The notes beneath the pieces were generated by a model that was not told the origin of the DNA, did no database searches, and worked only from the letters and a program-made list of their open reading frames with translations. 64,000 nt of DNA from contig CAXXTH010000023.1 of the NCBI GenBank assembly GCA_963668025.2, positions 320,001-384,000 on the forward strand. Direction: 5' to 3'. The translations under genes and the position numbers were made by a program. This document shows positions 37,817-46,711 of this stretch, one piece after another (position 1 is the first letter of the stretch; each line of letters begins with the position of its first letter). The DNA is from Candidatus Hydrogenedentota bacterium (lineage in GTDB: Bacteria > Hydrogenedentota > Hydrogenedentia > Hydrogenedentales > SLHB01).

Positions 37817-38155
37817 GAGGGCGTCTTGTTCGGCGCTCTGCATCCGTTCCAGTTCGCCCAGTTCTTGGGCCACCGACTCGAATTGTCTGCATACATCCCG
37901 GAAACGTTTATAGTTTTCCTCATCCTGACGCGCGCGGTTCAATTCTTGCTCGCCGCAAATGCGTTCGCTCACGGTCTTATTGTTTTTCTTGCTTGTCCAT
38001 AAGTAATAGGGTCCGCGTAACTCTCGCGTTTTTTTCCCGTCCTTGATAGAGGGAAACCATTGTTCATTGAGGGATCCTTTTCTCAAGGTTCGTATTTCGC
38101 CCAATTGATCGAGCAAGTCCAAGCGTTTTTCTTCCAGCGTGCGTTTATTGGCCAT
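37770..38155 (-). CDS. DUF6788-like OrfA of the ISKra4 element; native end disturbed by an A11 tract
   Basis: LRKGSLNEQW...GPYYLWTSKKNNKTVSERI...ENYKRFRDVC; the likely tail RKPPSKKTPK* is out of frame. Confidence 0.7.
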
Positions 38156-38330
38156 GATTGGTTCTCCTCTCTATTTATTGTAGTAATCTTACTACATACA
38201 TCGGGCCAAAAAAAGGGGGGGGAAAACGAAAACCCACTTTTTTGACGCAGGCCCTCGCGAGCACGAAAAGTGGACACATCCAGGTGCGCTATGCTAGGAT
38301 ATCGACCGATTAACGTTTCGCCAACATAGT

Positions 38331-38406
38331 GCGCCCGTAGCTCAGTGGATAGAGCGCTTGCCTCCGGAGCAAGAAGTCGCGCGTTCGAATCGCGCCGGGC
38401 GCGCCA
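38331..38406 (+). tRNA. tRNA-Arg(CCG)
   Basis: GCGCCCG acceptor stem, TAGCTCAGTGGATAGAGC D-arm, anticodon arm CTTGC-CTCCGGA-GCAAG, GTTCGAATC T-loop and encoded CCA. Confidence 0.96.
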
Positions 38407-38517
38407 TATAACATATTCTTCCCCAAGGACTTACGCAAACAAGTCCTTGGGTCTTGTTTTACTGACAACACTTGCGACAACATCATCTGTCTGCTTGTTG
38501 ACATGGAGGATGTTGTC

Positions 38518-39716
38518 ATGGCCTCATTTCATCAGTGCGGCGGTATCTACTAAGGAGTCGCGTCAAAATAACTTACCGATTTTCTCCCACCACTCGGAAA
38601 GGAAGCGGTAATTCCTATCGCCATGAAAATTGCGTTGAATGCGAAAAAATAGTCAAGTTATTTTGACACGCCTCCTAAGTAAAATTTCGGCATAACGGGA
38701 AATGGGTCTATCGGAGCCTCGACACCAAAAATAAGCGCCAGGCCCTTACCGAAAAAGCACAAATTGAAGCCTCTCTAGCCGAGGAAGCACCCAAGCCTGC
38801 CGTCCACCGGTCCAGCAAACGCGATATTCCCCTAGACGATCTCATCAAAGAGTATACGAAATGGGCCGAGAAACACCGCCGTCCAGCGATCATATATAGC
38901 AGACAACGAGCCGTGAAACTATTCCAGGATGTCCACCCAAACATTTCCACCCTGAAAGCCATAAAACCCGAACATATCGAAACCTTTAAGGCAGCTCTTG
39001 CCAAAGGCCATAAACCCCGCACGCCAAACGAAGCCTTGGGAGCCCTGCGCGCCTTGGTGAGCCGCGCCATCCGTCTTGGCCTCTATTCCGGCCCGAATCC
39101 CTTCACCGGCGTCGAAATGCTACCTGACCGCCGCAAAGCCCCCGAATGGCTCTCTGCCGAACAAATGGAATCGGTTATGGACGCTGCCACCAAACACAGT
39201 CGAAACGCCCTATTCTTCTTTGGCTTATGCATCTTCGCCGGACTCCGCAAAATGGAAGCCATTATGACGCGCTGGGAATGGATTGACTTGCAGGCAGGGC
39301 TACTCCACGTTCGAGGCTCAGAAGACTTCTTCATCAAAGATGGAGAAGACCGCACCATCCCCTTGCATAGCCGGTTACGCGCCATTCTCGAACCATACCA
39401 TGAATCCGAAGGCTATTTGATTGCCCCCGAAAAGTTAAAACTTGGAAAGCATCGGTATCGCTTCGAGATCAGTAAGACCTTCACCGCCGTAACAAAAGCT
39501 GCGGGCGTACACCCCTGGTGCCACCCGCACATCCTTCGCCACACCTTCGCCAGCCAGCTCGTAAGCGCCGGCGTCGAACTCTACAAAGTCAGCAAATGGC
39601 TGGGCCATGCCGATTTCGCCACCACCCAAATCTACGCCCATTTGCGCCCGCAAGACCCCGACATCGAGCGCCTGGCCGCCGCTCCATCACGGCATCTCGA
39701 CCCCGAGCGCCTTTAA
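38518..39716 (+). pseudogene. Phage tyrosine integrase, 5' end interrupted by a MITE and an in-frame TAA
   Basis: AGLRKME and HILRHTFASQL...WLGHADFATTQIYAH. Removing 38554-38678 gives MASFHQCGGIY*VKFRHNGKWVYRSLDTKNKRQA, in frame with 38913. Confidence 0.88.
38554..38675. mobile_element. 122-bp MITE, copy 1
   Basis: TIR GGAGTCGCGTCAAAATAACT / AGTTATTTTGACACGCCTCC, TAA duplicated; near-identical to 44311..44432. Confidence 0.9.
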
Positions 39717-40310
39717 CACGGGCGCACACCCCACATCACGCGAGACGGCATGCGGGTCAAATTTCCCGTCCTGCACGTACTTCCCGCGTTTGTAGTGCGT
39801 GCTCCCGCACCAGAGATAGGGCGTGCAAACTCCATGGCTCCTGTACCCGAAACCGTTATACGCTTCCAACTGGTACATCATGCCAACGACGGACCAATCC
39901 GTCCATTTGTCAAGCCCCATATATGTCAGGGCATCCTTCGCGGAATACGCCCAAGTATACGGAGGCGTTCCCGCCACCGGCCTTCCCGACGGCACATGTA
40001 CTGTTTTCCTGGCTAGCGAATCCCCGTTATGCAGATGCCGCGTGAAATTCAGATCCGCCTCCATCATGTGTACAACGGCCGTGAACTGCCACGAAATGCC
40101 CAGCGCATCGCTTGCATCCCCATACTGCGATATGTGCTGCATGATGCGCCTCGCCCAATTCGCCGCGGGCTCAACCGCCCAAGGCTCAATTTCACACGCC
40201 CCCCACATCTCCCCGTAAACGACCCGAATCGAGTCATTCAGCCTGAGTGGAGCCCGCGTCACCGCCTTGGCATATTTCGGCATAGGCCGCGTTTCATCGA
40301 GCATTTTCAT
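39687..40310 (-). CDS. Lysozyme-family endolysin (COG5526-like)
   Basis: VHMMEADLNF..HLHNGD, EAYNGFGYR, PYLW.G..HY..GKYV.DGKFDP. Confidence 0.85.
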   Translation of the reverse strand: MKMLDETRPMPKYAKAVTRAPLRLNDSIRVVYGEMWGACEIEPWAVEPAANWARRIMQHISQYGDASDALGISWQFTAVVHMMEADLNFTRHLHNGDSLARKTVHVPSGRPVAGTPPYTWAYSAKDALTYMGLDKWTDWSVVGMMYQLEAYNGFGYRSHGVCTPYLWCGSTHYKRGKYVQDGKFDPHAVSRDVGCAPVLKALGVEMP

Positions 40311-40322
40311 TCCTCGCGCCTC

Positions 40323-40604
40323 CTATGCCTTCTTAGGCTTTTTCTTCGCATCAAACGGAAGCACCCCATCATTCTTATTCGCTTCCGGCTGTGCTGATTC
40401 CGTCCCCGCTTCCGGCTTCGTTTCCGGCATCGGCGCCGGATTCCCCATCGGCGGAGCCACTATCACCGACAACCTCCTCGCCGCCGCCGCCGTCAATTCG
40501 TGTATCTCCGCTGGCGCTGCCGCTTTCCTCGCCATCGAGAACAGAAGATCCAAGTCCTGCATCGCTTGCGTCATCTGTGGTTGTTGCATCGGTTGTTGAG
40601 ACAT
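40323..40604 (-). CDS. Phage hypothetical protein
   Basis: MSQQPMQQ... start with GAGG RBS; lies between the tail-fibre and lysin genes. Confidence 0.55.
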   Translation of the reverse strand: MSQQPMQQPQMTQAMQDLDLLFSMARKAAAPAEIHELTAAAARRLSVIVAPPMGNPAPMPETKPEAGTESAQPEANKNDGVLPFDAKKKPKKA

Positions 40605-40821
40605 TATTTGCTTCCTCAAGAATCGTGGCAGCCAGATCACTCCGTCCGGCTTGCTCAGCCAAATCCGCCGCACTCGTCAACAACGTTGCTGCCGGTACTA
40701 GCGGACATAATTCAACTTCCAACGCAGCCACTTCCGCGATCTCGCGGTTGGCCGATATCCATTCCGCCACGCGGCTCGAGGCCTGCCGTACGGCGGAAGA
40801 AAGCTCGTCTAGGGTTGCCAT
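40375..40821 (-). CDS. Phage hypothetical protein (3' part probably read-through over the next gene)
   Basis: RBS GGAG immediately after the tail-fibre stop; overlaps 40323..40604. Confidence 0.45.
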   Translation of the reverse strand: MATLDELSSAVRQASSRVAEWISANREIAEVAALEVELCPLVPAATLLTSAADLAEQAGRSDLAATILEEANNVSTTDATTTDDASDAGLGSSVLDGEESGSASGDTRIDGGGGEEVVGDSGSADGESGADAGNEAGSGDGISTAGSE

Positions 40822-40832
40822 GGTTGATCTCC

Positions 40833-43118
40833 CTATGCCTTGGTGTATTCCAGGCTTATCGACATAACATAAATTGACGTTGTACTATCTGATTGAAAAT
40901 TTAAAGCGCAACACTCATTTGCCGTCAGGCCGGTAGGAGCATTTATGGTTACAAAATCGATATAAATATTATCCTCATCTATGGAGGTAGGAACCGTGGC
41001 AAAATCTGAATACGTAAGAGATTCCGTTCTCGAATCACCGTCGCCTAGGCACCGCAAGCAATACTCCCAATCAATTGCCGTGCCCGGTTGCGCCACAACG
41101 TAATAAGCAACACGTAGAGTAACCGCCTCTCCGTTATAGTCAGAAGGCATTACGAAGGATGTCCCGAATGGTTGAATTCCCGCCAACGCCGGACCAACTT
41201 TTGTATATGCAATCTCTGGATATTCACCAGACGCCCAAGAAGGATTAGGCAAAGGAATCGGTATATACCGCTTGGTTAGCGTCCCCAGTTTCGTATTCGT
41301 GATGGTAAATCCATCATTCTCGACATCTGCTGTTAGAGAAATTCCAGTCCCAGAATTGATGCGCAGAGTATCATCCGCTGCATCAGCAACAAGGGAGGAC
41401 AAACTGTTGAGCGTCACGGTCTTGAAGGCCAGCGCCGCATAGGCGTGAGTATGATCGGCCAAACTTATTGCCGTGCCATCCCCGCTTGTGGTTGGTGTGG
41501 ATGTAGTCACTCGAAGCTCGCCAGCATTACCGATGAAAAGAAAAGTGCTCTTTGCGGAAGTCCAATAGGCATCGAGTTGAATCGATCCAGAATTAATGCC
41601 GCCACGCTTGGCAATGAGACGGCCAGTATTCGTATCATCATCACCGATGGTTAAAATACCATCCGTGGCCATCAATACCTTGCCTGTACCGGCAGATCCA
41701 CTTGCGGGAGCGCTCGTTTTAAAGGCCAGCTTGCCGTAATCATCCACCCAAAGGTAGCCGGTATAGTCCCCATTCGCGGATTGAAGACTTGCATAGGCGC
41801 AATTCGTGGTGCCGCTGCCTCGATAGAGGTTCAACATCCCGCGTTCGGTCCCGGCCACTCCAACCGTGAGCAAACCGCCCAGGACAGTAATATCTCCCGC
41901 GCTGATGATGTTGTTCCCGGTATAGCCCACTGGCTCAAGAGGCCGCTGGGCAAGATACAGCGCCTCGAACTCACCTGCCGTCAAAGCCCTTGACCAACAA
42001 GAGGCCTCGTCCAAAGATCCATGATAGCGTAGAGATGCAGATGTGCTGATTGCGCCCAAGTAAAACGCAACGTTTTCACTACAATCTGCGCTTCCACGAG
42101 TTGCGCTCGCTCGCACAACGCCATCCACGTAAAGGTACACTTTGTTTGAGTCATTATCTGGCCCCTCTGCCGCCAATCCTATTTGGTGCGGAAGGCCGTC
42201 CGTGATGTCCACTGCATATGTCAACGTATCTCGGTCTGACACGGCAGTACCGCGCCCAAATGCAGCGTTTACGTACCCGTTCACGTCAATGTATAGAAAT
42301 ATTCCCCTATAACAGTCAGAAGGATTTGTCCAACCCATGATGTAATGTGCGGCTGTTTTATACGTGCTCTTTATCCAGCAGGCCATTGAAAAGGCCACAT
42401 TGCCATAGGCAAGTGGAATGGCGGTTCCACAAGTCACATACCCGTTTCCGTCAAAAGTTGCTGCCGATCCGAACTTCACAACGCCCGCTGTTGTCCCACT
42501 TCCAGCATGCGTTCCATTTCCACCGTTTGCCGTATAGTCGATGAGGGTTCCAGTGATGGAATCCATGCGCCAAAGTCGAAGCAAGCCCTCAACAGCTACG
42601 CCAAGTGAACTCGCCGGGCGGGCCAGTCCTACCAAACCGTATGTGCTTGCGGGCTTTTCAGCAAGATGGTCAGTCGTGTCAAAGAACGGAACCGTCCCCG
42701 CAGCACCGCCAAGAGCGAGTTGCGCCAGAGTGGGGTCCGCCGCCTGATACGAACCTGATGGCTAGTACACCCCAGTATGAGTATGGTTCCCTGCAGCCAC
42801 ATCATCGGCCCCAGTTCCAACATCCGCCGCTGCCGCTGCGCCAAGTCCAAGGTTATCCCAAGCATCTGCTTCCCAAGCTACGAATACAGGGTCCAATTCG
42901 GTGAATTCAGTGAGATACCCCGCACTTGCATGATTCCCCCAGCCATACGCCGCATCCCAAGCCGTGATATCCCCACTCTCGATCCCCGCCGCCGCCGATG
43001 CCTCGAACACCGGATCCGTCTCATCCGTCAGATACGTCCCAGAAAGCCCAAGCGTGGTCCGCATTGCCGCCTCATCCGCATCATCCAGCAGCGTCTTCGC
43101 AAACGCGCTGGCATATAG
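40833..43118 (-). pseudogene. Tail-fibre/LamG-domain phage protein, 5'-truncated by ISAs1, with an in-frame TAG at 42762-42764
   Basis: SAFAKTLLDDADEAAMRTTLGL, ETDPVF, WDAAYGWGNHA and GNHTHTGVY*PSGSYQ read in frame into 40833..42635, which has the LamG motif HGSLDEASCWSRALT. Confidence 0.8.
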
Positions 43119-43132
43119 CAGGGCAGACGCAT

Positions 43133-44290
43133 CTAAAATCCCAATAATTGCTGGAGAAACGGCATATCAAGTGCGGCGAATATCCTTTTTTGTCGTTGCG
43201 AAATATTCTCTTCCGTGTTCCTCTTGATGAGGTTGAGTGCGATTCGGCGCAGCGTGGCCAGATTCTGTGCGGCGTTTTTGGTCCGGGCGCGGCTTTGGTC
43301 TTCCCGGAAGGTCACGTCGAGAGACCAATGGAGCTGGTTTTCGACACCCCAGTGGCCCCGCACGGCTTTTGCGAAGGCCTCAATATCACGAGGAAGGCTG
43401 GTGAGGAAATAGCGGCGTTCGATGGTGTTTTTGCCTTTGACGCAGCGGATCGACTCGACCATGCCGATGCTGCGCAAGCCCTTCCACCGCTTTTTGTCTG
43501 CCACCCAGTCAATGTCGGTGGATTGCCAGTAGCGGCGCGTTTCCATGCGCCCATGGTCTTTTTCGAGCGTTTTGGAGCAGGCCATGGTGTTGGGGGCAAC
43601 GGTAGTGGCGGGTTCGGAAGCGCAGGGCAAAACAGCGTCGGCAAAGAAATCCTGGACCTCTTGGTGAACCGTAGCATGGTTGCCTTTGAGGGCTAGGACA
43701 TAATCAGCTTTCTTCTCGATGATCTGGGCGGCGATGTCTTTCTGGCATCCCATGGCGTCAATGGTCACGATGCAGCCTTGAAGGGCCAACGCCCGCAACA
43801 GTTCGGGGATGGCGGTGATTTCATTGGACTTATCGTCCACCTTAACCTGTCCCAAGGCCAGCCCGTTTTGCGAAGCCCAGGCGCTGACAATATACGGGAT
43901 TGAATCGCCGTCATCCAAGGCTCGGCGCAACGCCTTTCCATCGATGGCAACGACTTCCCCCTGCAGTGCAGGGCAAATCCTTTGGACCCAGCGCACAAAA
44001 CAGTCCATAAAACAATCGGGGTCGATGGCGGAGAAAACCCGGTTGAAGGTATCGTGCGACGGGATGCCGTGAGGCAACTCGAGAAAGGTCTTGAGCCAGT
44101 CTCGTTTGATCCTTCCAAACAACGCCATGTCGTTGAATCCCTCGCCGCCGGTCAACATCGAACAAAGTCCGATAACCAGAATATCGGCCAGCTTATGGAA
44201 CCGCCTGCGGCGGACACGCGGATCGGGGATTTCCTCCAAGTATTCCATGATGCCGCGCTGTCTCGGAACGGGATGATGCTCATTGCCCAC
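43133..44290 (-). CDS. ISAs1-family transposase
   Basis: IPDPR, HGIPSHDTF, AIDGKALR, KSNEITAIP, TIDAMGCQ, RGHWGVENQLHWSLDVTFRED; GTG start at 44290 after AGGAG. Confidence 0.95.
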   Translation of the reverse strand: MGNEHHPVPRQRGIMEYLEEIPDPRVRRRRFHKLADILVIGLCSMLTGGEGFNDMALFGRIKRDWLKTFLELPHGIPSHDTFNRVFSAIDPDCFMDCFVRWVQRICPALQGEVVAIDGKALRRALDDGDSIPYIVSAWASQNGLALGQVKVDDKSNEITAIPELLRALALQGCIVTIDAMGCQKDIAAQIIEKKADYVLALKGNHATVHQEVQDFFADAVLPCASEPATTVAPNTMACSKTLEKDHGRMETRRYWQSTDIDWVADKKRWKGLRSIGMVESIRCVKGKNTIERRYFLTSLPRDIEAFAKAVRGHWGVENQLHWSLDVTFREDQSRARTKNAAQNLATLRRIALNLIKRNTEENISQRQKRIFAALDMPFLQQLLGF

Positions 44291-44310
44291 GGCTTTATCT
44301 CCTGAGTTAA

Positions 44311-44432
44311 GGAGTCGCGTCAAAATAACTTACCGATTTTCTCCCACCACTCGGAAAGGAAGCGGTAATTCCTATCGCCATGAAAATTGCGTTGAATGCG
44401 AAAAAATAGTCAAGTTATTTTGACGCGCTTCC
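44311..44432. mobile_element. 122-bp MITE, copy 2
   Basis: TAA duplicated at 44308-44310 and 44433-44435; differs from copy 1 only in the right TIR. Confidence 0.9.
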
Positions 44433-44474
44433 TAAACGCTGGACTTTTTATATATATTCCTATATCATATTGCC

Positions 44475-44774
44475 ATGAAACAAACAAGCAAAATCCAGCG
44501 GCTGTTAGAAAAGATGGCGGCCATCGAGCGGATGGAACGCGGCAAGATCTGCGCGATGGCCGGCCGGCCCCACTACAACCATCAGACATGGCAAAACGGG
44601 CGTAACGTGGTGCACTACGTTCCCACCGACGAGGTGGAGGCCCTCCAAGAGGCCATTGATGGCTACAACCAATTCCGTAAGCTGGCCGAGGAATATGCCA
44701 ACGAAATCATCCGTCGGACACGCCAGGAAAAAGACAAAAACAAAAAACGGAAAAAGAATGGCAGGACAAGCTGA
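44475..44774 (+). CDS. DUF6788-like IS accessory protein
   Basis: IERMERGKI...YNHQTWQNGRNVVHYVP...LQEAIDGYNQFRKLAEEY; lies inside the IS IRs. Confidence 0.7.
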   Translation: MKQTSKIQRLLEKMAAIERMERGKICAMAGRPHYNHQTWQNGRNVVHYVPTDEVEALQEAIDGYNQFRKLAEEYANEIIRRTRQEKDKNKKRKKNGRTS

Positions 44775-44987
44775 TAGACATTATCCAGAATTCAGCATTA
44801 TTAGATGCGTCCGCCCTGATTCGTGGTAAAAGATGCTTGTGTCGGCTGCAAAAGAATATATAATAACGGCTCTATTGATCAGAGAGTTTTTTCATTCAGG
44901 AAGGAGGCTGCCAAGAACGTAGCAGGCTGTCACCGTGAAACATCCGTTATTTCGTAACGGCGTAGTAACTAAAAGGAGGAAATAAAT

Positions 44988-46574
44988 ATGAACGCAAAAG
45001 TCGGTGGAAGGGCTTTCGTAGCGGTTCTTTTTGCGGTTACGATGCTCTTTTTAGCGGCACAAGGGAGTGCGGAAGTGAAGGTTCCCCAGATTTTTGGCTC
45101 GAATATGGTGTTGCAGCGTGACATGCCGCTTCCGGTATGGGGATGGGCGGAGCCAGGTGAAGCAATTACGGTTCAATACGGCGATTCCACCGAAAAAACC
45201 ACGGCGGATGCCAAAGGCGAGTGGAAAGTAAAGCTGCCCGCGCAAAAAACGGGCGCTCCCCGTACGCTTACGGTCGCATGCAAAGACAAGACCGTCCAGT
45301 TTGAGAATGTGCTCATTGGCGAAGTGTGGTTCTGTTCCGGCCAGTCGAACATGGAGATGGGCATCCATATGTGCAATGATGCCGATCCGGAAGTCAACAA
45401 CGCCAATTACCCCGATATTCGCCTCTTTCGAGTAGAGCATGCCGTCAGCGGCATTCCTTCCCTTGACTGCGAAGCGCATTGGGATATCTGCTCCCCGCAA
45501 ACCATTAAAACGGGCGGATGGGAAGGCTTTTCTGCTGCGGCCTATTATTTTGGCCGCGAAATCCATAAAACCCTAGGCGTTCCCGTCGGGCTTATCCAAT
45601 CCGCATGGGGCGGCACCCGTGTCGAGCCATGGACCCCGCCCGTGGGTTTTGCCGAAGCGCCCGAGCTTAAGGACCTGGTGGCGGTCATCGATCAAGCCAA
45701 TCAAAAATATGCGGAGGCCATGAAGCCGGTATTCGGTGATTTCCAAGCATGGCTTACTGCGAGCGAACAGGCTGTTGCGGAAGGGAAGCTGTTCCCGCCT
45801 TGCCCGCCGCTTCCAAGGCATCCGCTCGAGCCGGATTTATACGGCGGCCATCCAGACCGGCCGACGGTGTTGTACAACAGTATGGTGTATCCCATTGCGC
45901 CGTTCGCCATTCGGGGCGCTTTATGGTATCAAGGCGAGTCGAACCTAGACGACCCGCTCTATGCCGAGAAAAAGGCTGCATTGATTAACGGCTGGCGCAA
46001 AATCTGGGGCGAGGGTGAATTCCCCTTCTATTTCGTCCAAATCGCCCCCTTTAATGGATATGACGACAAAGGCTGTGCCAATTATGGTGCGGACGCCCTT
46101 CCCATGTTGTGGCAAGAGCAATTAGCGGTCCTTGATGTGCCCAATACGGGCATGATTGGCACCTATGACATCACTGACCTGAACGACATTCATCCTAAAA
46201 ACAAGCAAGACGTCGGCAAGCGCCTGGCCTTGCTGGCTCTTGCGAAAACCTATGATAAAAAGGATGTAGTCTATTCCGGCCCCATGTACAAATCCATGGA
46301 TGTGAAAGACGGCAAAGCCGTTCTTCATTTCGAGCATGTGGGAGCTGGCCTGGTGTCCCGGGATGAAAAGCCCCTTTCGTGGTTCACCATCGCGGGAGAA
46401 GACAAGCAATTTGTTCCCGCCGAGGCCAAAATTGTTGGCGGCACCGTGGTGGTTTCGAGCGAAAAAGTCGCCCAGCCCGCCGCCGTGCGCTTCGGATGGA
46501 GCAAAGTGGCAGAGCCAAATCTTTCTAACAAAGATGGCCTTCCCGCATTGCCTTTCCGCACCGACAAATGGTAA
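44988..46574 (+). CDS. Sialate O-acetylesterase (SASA/DUF303), paralog 1
   Basis: GEVWFCSGQSNM, GALWYQGESN, DIHPKNKQDVGKRLA. Confidence 0.93.
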   Translation: MNAKVGGRAFVAVLFAVTMLFLAAQGSAEVKVPQIFGSNMVLQRDMPLPVWGWAEPGEAITVQYGDSTEKTTADAKGEWKVKLPAQKTGAPRTLTVACKDKTVQFENVLIGEVWFCSGQSNMEMGIHMCNDADPEVNNANYPDIRLFRVEHAVSGIPSLDCEAHWDICSPQTIKTGGWEGFSAAAYYFGREIHKTLGVPVGLIQSAWGGTRVEPWTPPVGFAEAPELKDLVAVIDQANQKYAEAMKPVFGDFQAWLTASEQAVAEGKLFPPCPPLPRHPLEPDLYGGHPDRPTVLYNSMVYPIAPFAIRGALWYQGESNLDDPLYAEKKAALINGWRKIWGEGEFPFYFVQIAPFNGYDDKGCANYGADALPMLWQEQLAVLDVPNTGMIGTYDITDLNDIHPKNKQDVGKRLALLALAKTYDKKDVVYSGPMYKSMDVKDGKAVLHFEHVGAGLVSRDEKPLSWFTIAGEDKQFVPAEAKIVGGTVVVSSEKVAQPAAVRFGWSKVAEPNLSNKDGLPALPFRTDKW

Positions 46575-46596
46575 ACGTAAATCTATGATGATTAGA

Positions 46597-46628
46597 GAGG
46601 CGGGCTGCGTCCCGCCTTTCTTTATTTA
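46597..46628 (+). terminator. Probable terminator
   Basis: AGGCGGG-CTGCGT-CCCGCCT followed by a T-rich tail. Confidence 0.65.
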
Positions 46629-46711
46629 TGCGTATATTTGAAAATATTTGCAAAAGAATTTCCAGGTGAATACCGCTGCTATGGTGTCGAAGCCAAAGAG
46701 GGGGTTATAGA

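Larger units (their letters stand above)
36444..38256 (-). mobile_element. ISKra4-family IS
   Basis: IRs AGGGCCTGCGTCAAAAAAGTGGGTTTTC / GAAAACCCACTTTTTTGACGCAGGCCCT; flanking GCGAGC repeated at 36438-36443 and 38257-38262. Confidence 0.88.
38407..43118. mobile_element. Decayed prophage remnant integrated at tRNA-Arg
   Basis: Integrase directly after the tRNA, then a convergent endolysin, two small ORFs and a tail-fibre-like gene cut by an IS. Confidence 0.85.
43119..44818 (-). mobile_element. ISAs1-family IS with a divergent accessory ORF and a nested MITE
   Basis: IRs CAGGGCAGACGCATCTAA / TTAGATGCGTCCGCCCTG (1 mismatch); no flanking duplication. Confidence 0.9.

Noticed and set aside
38518-43118. 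Alternative genetic code (TAG=Gln) in the prophage
   Set aside because: Genes ending at 40833 and 40323 use TAG as a stop directly before the next RBS; other lesions indicate decay
44291-44323. ORF-track start of the ISAs1 transposase at 44323
   Set aside because: That start lies inside the MITE; the RBS-supported GTG is at 44290
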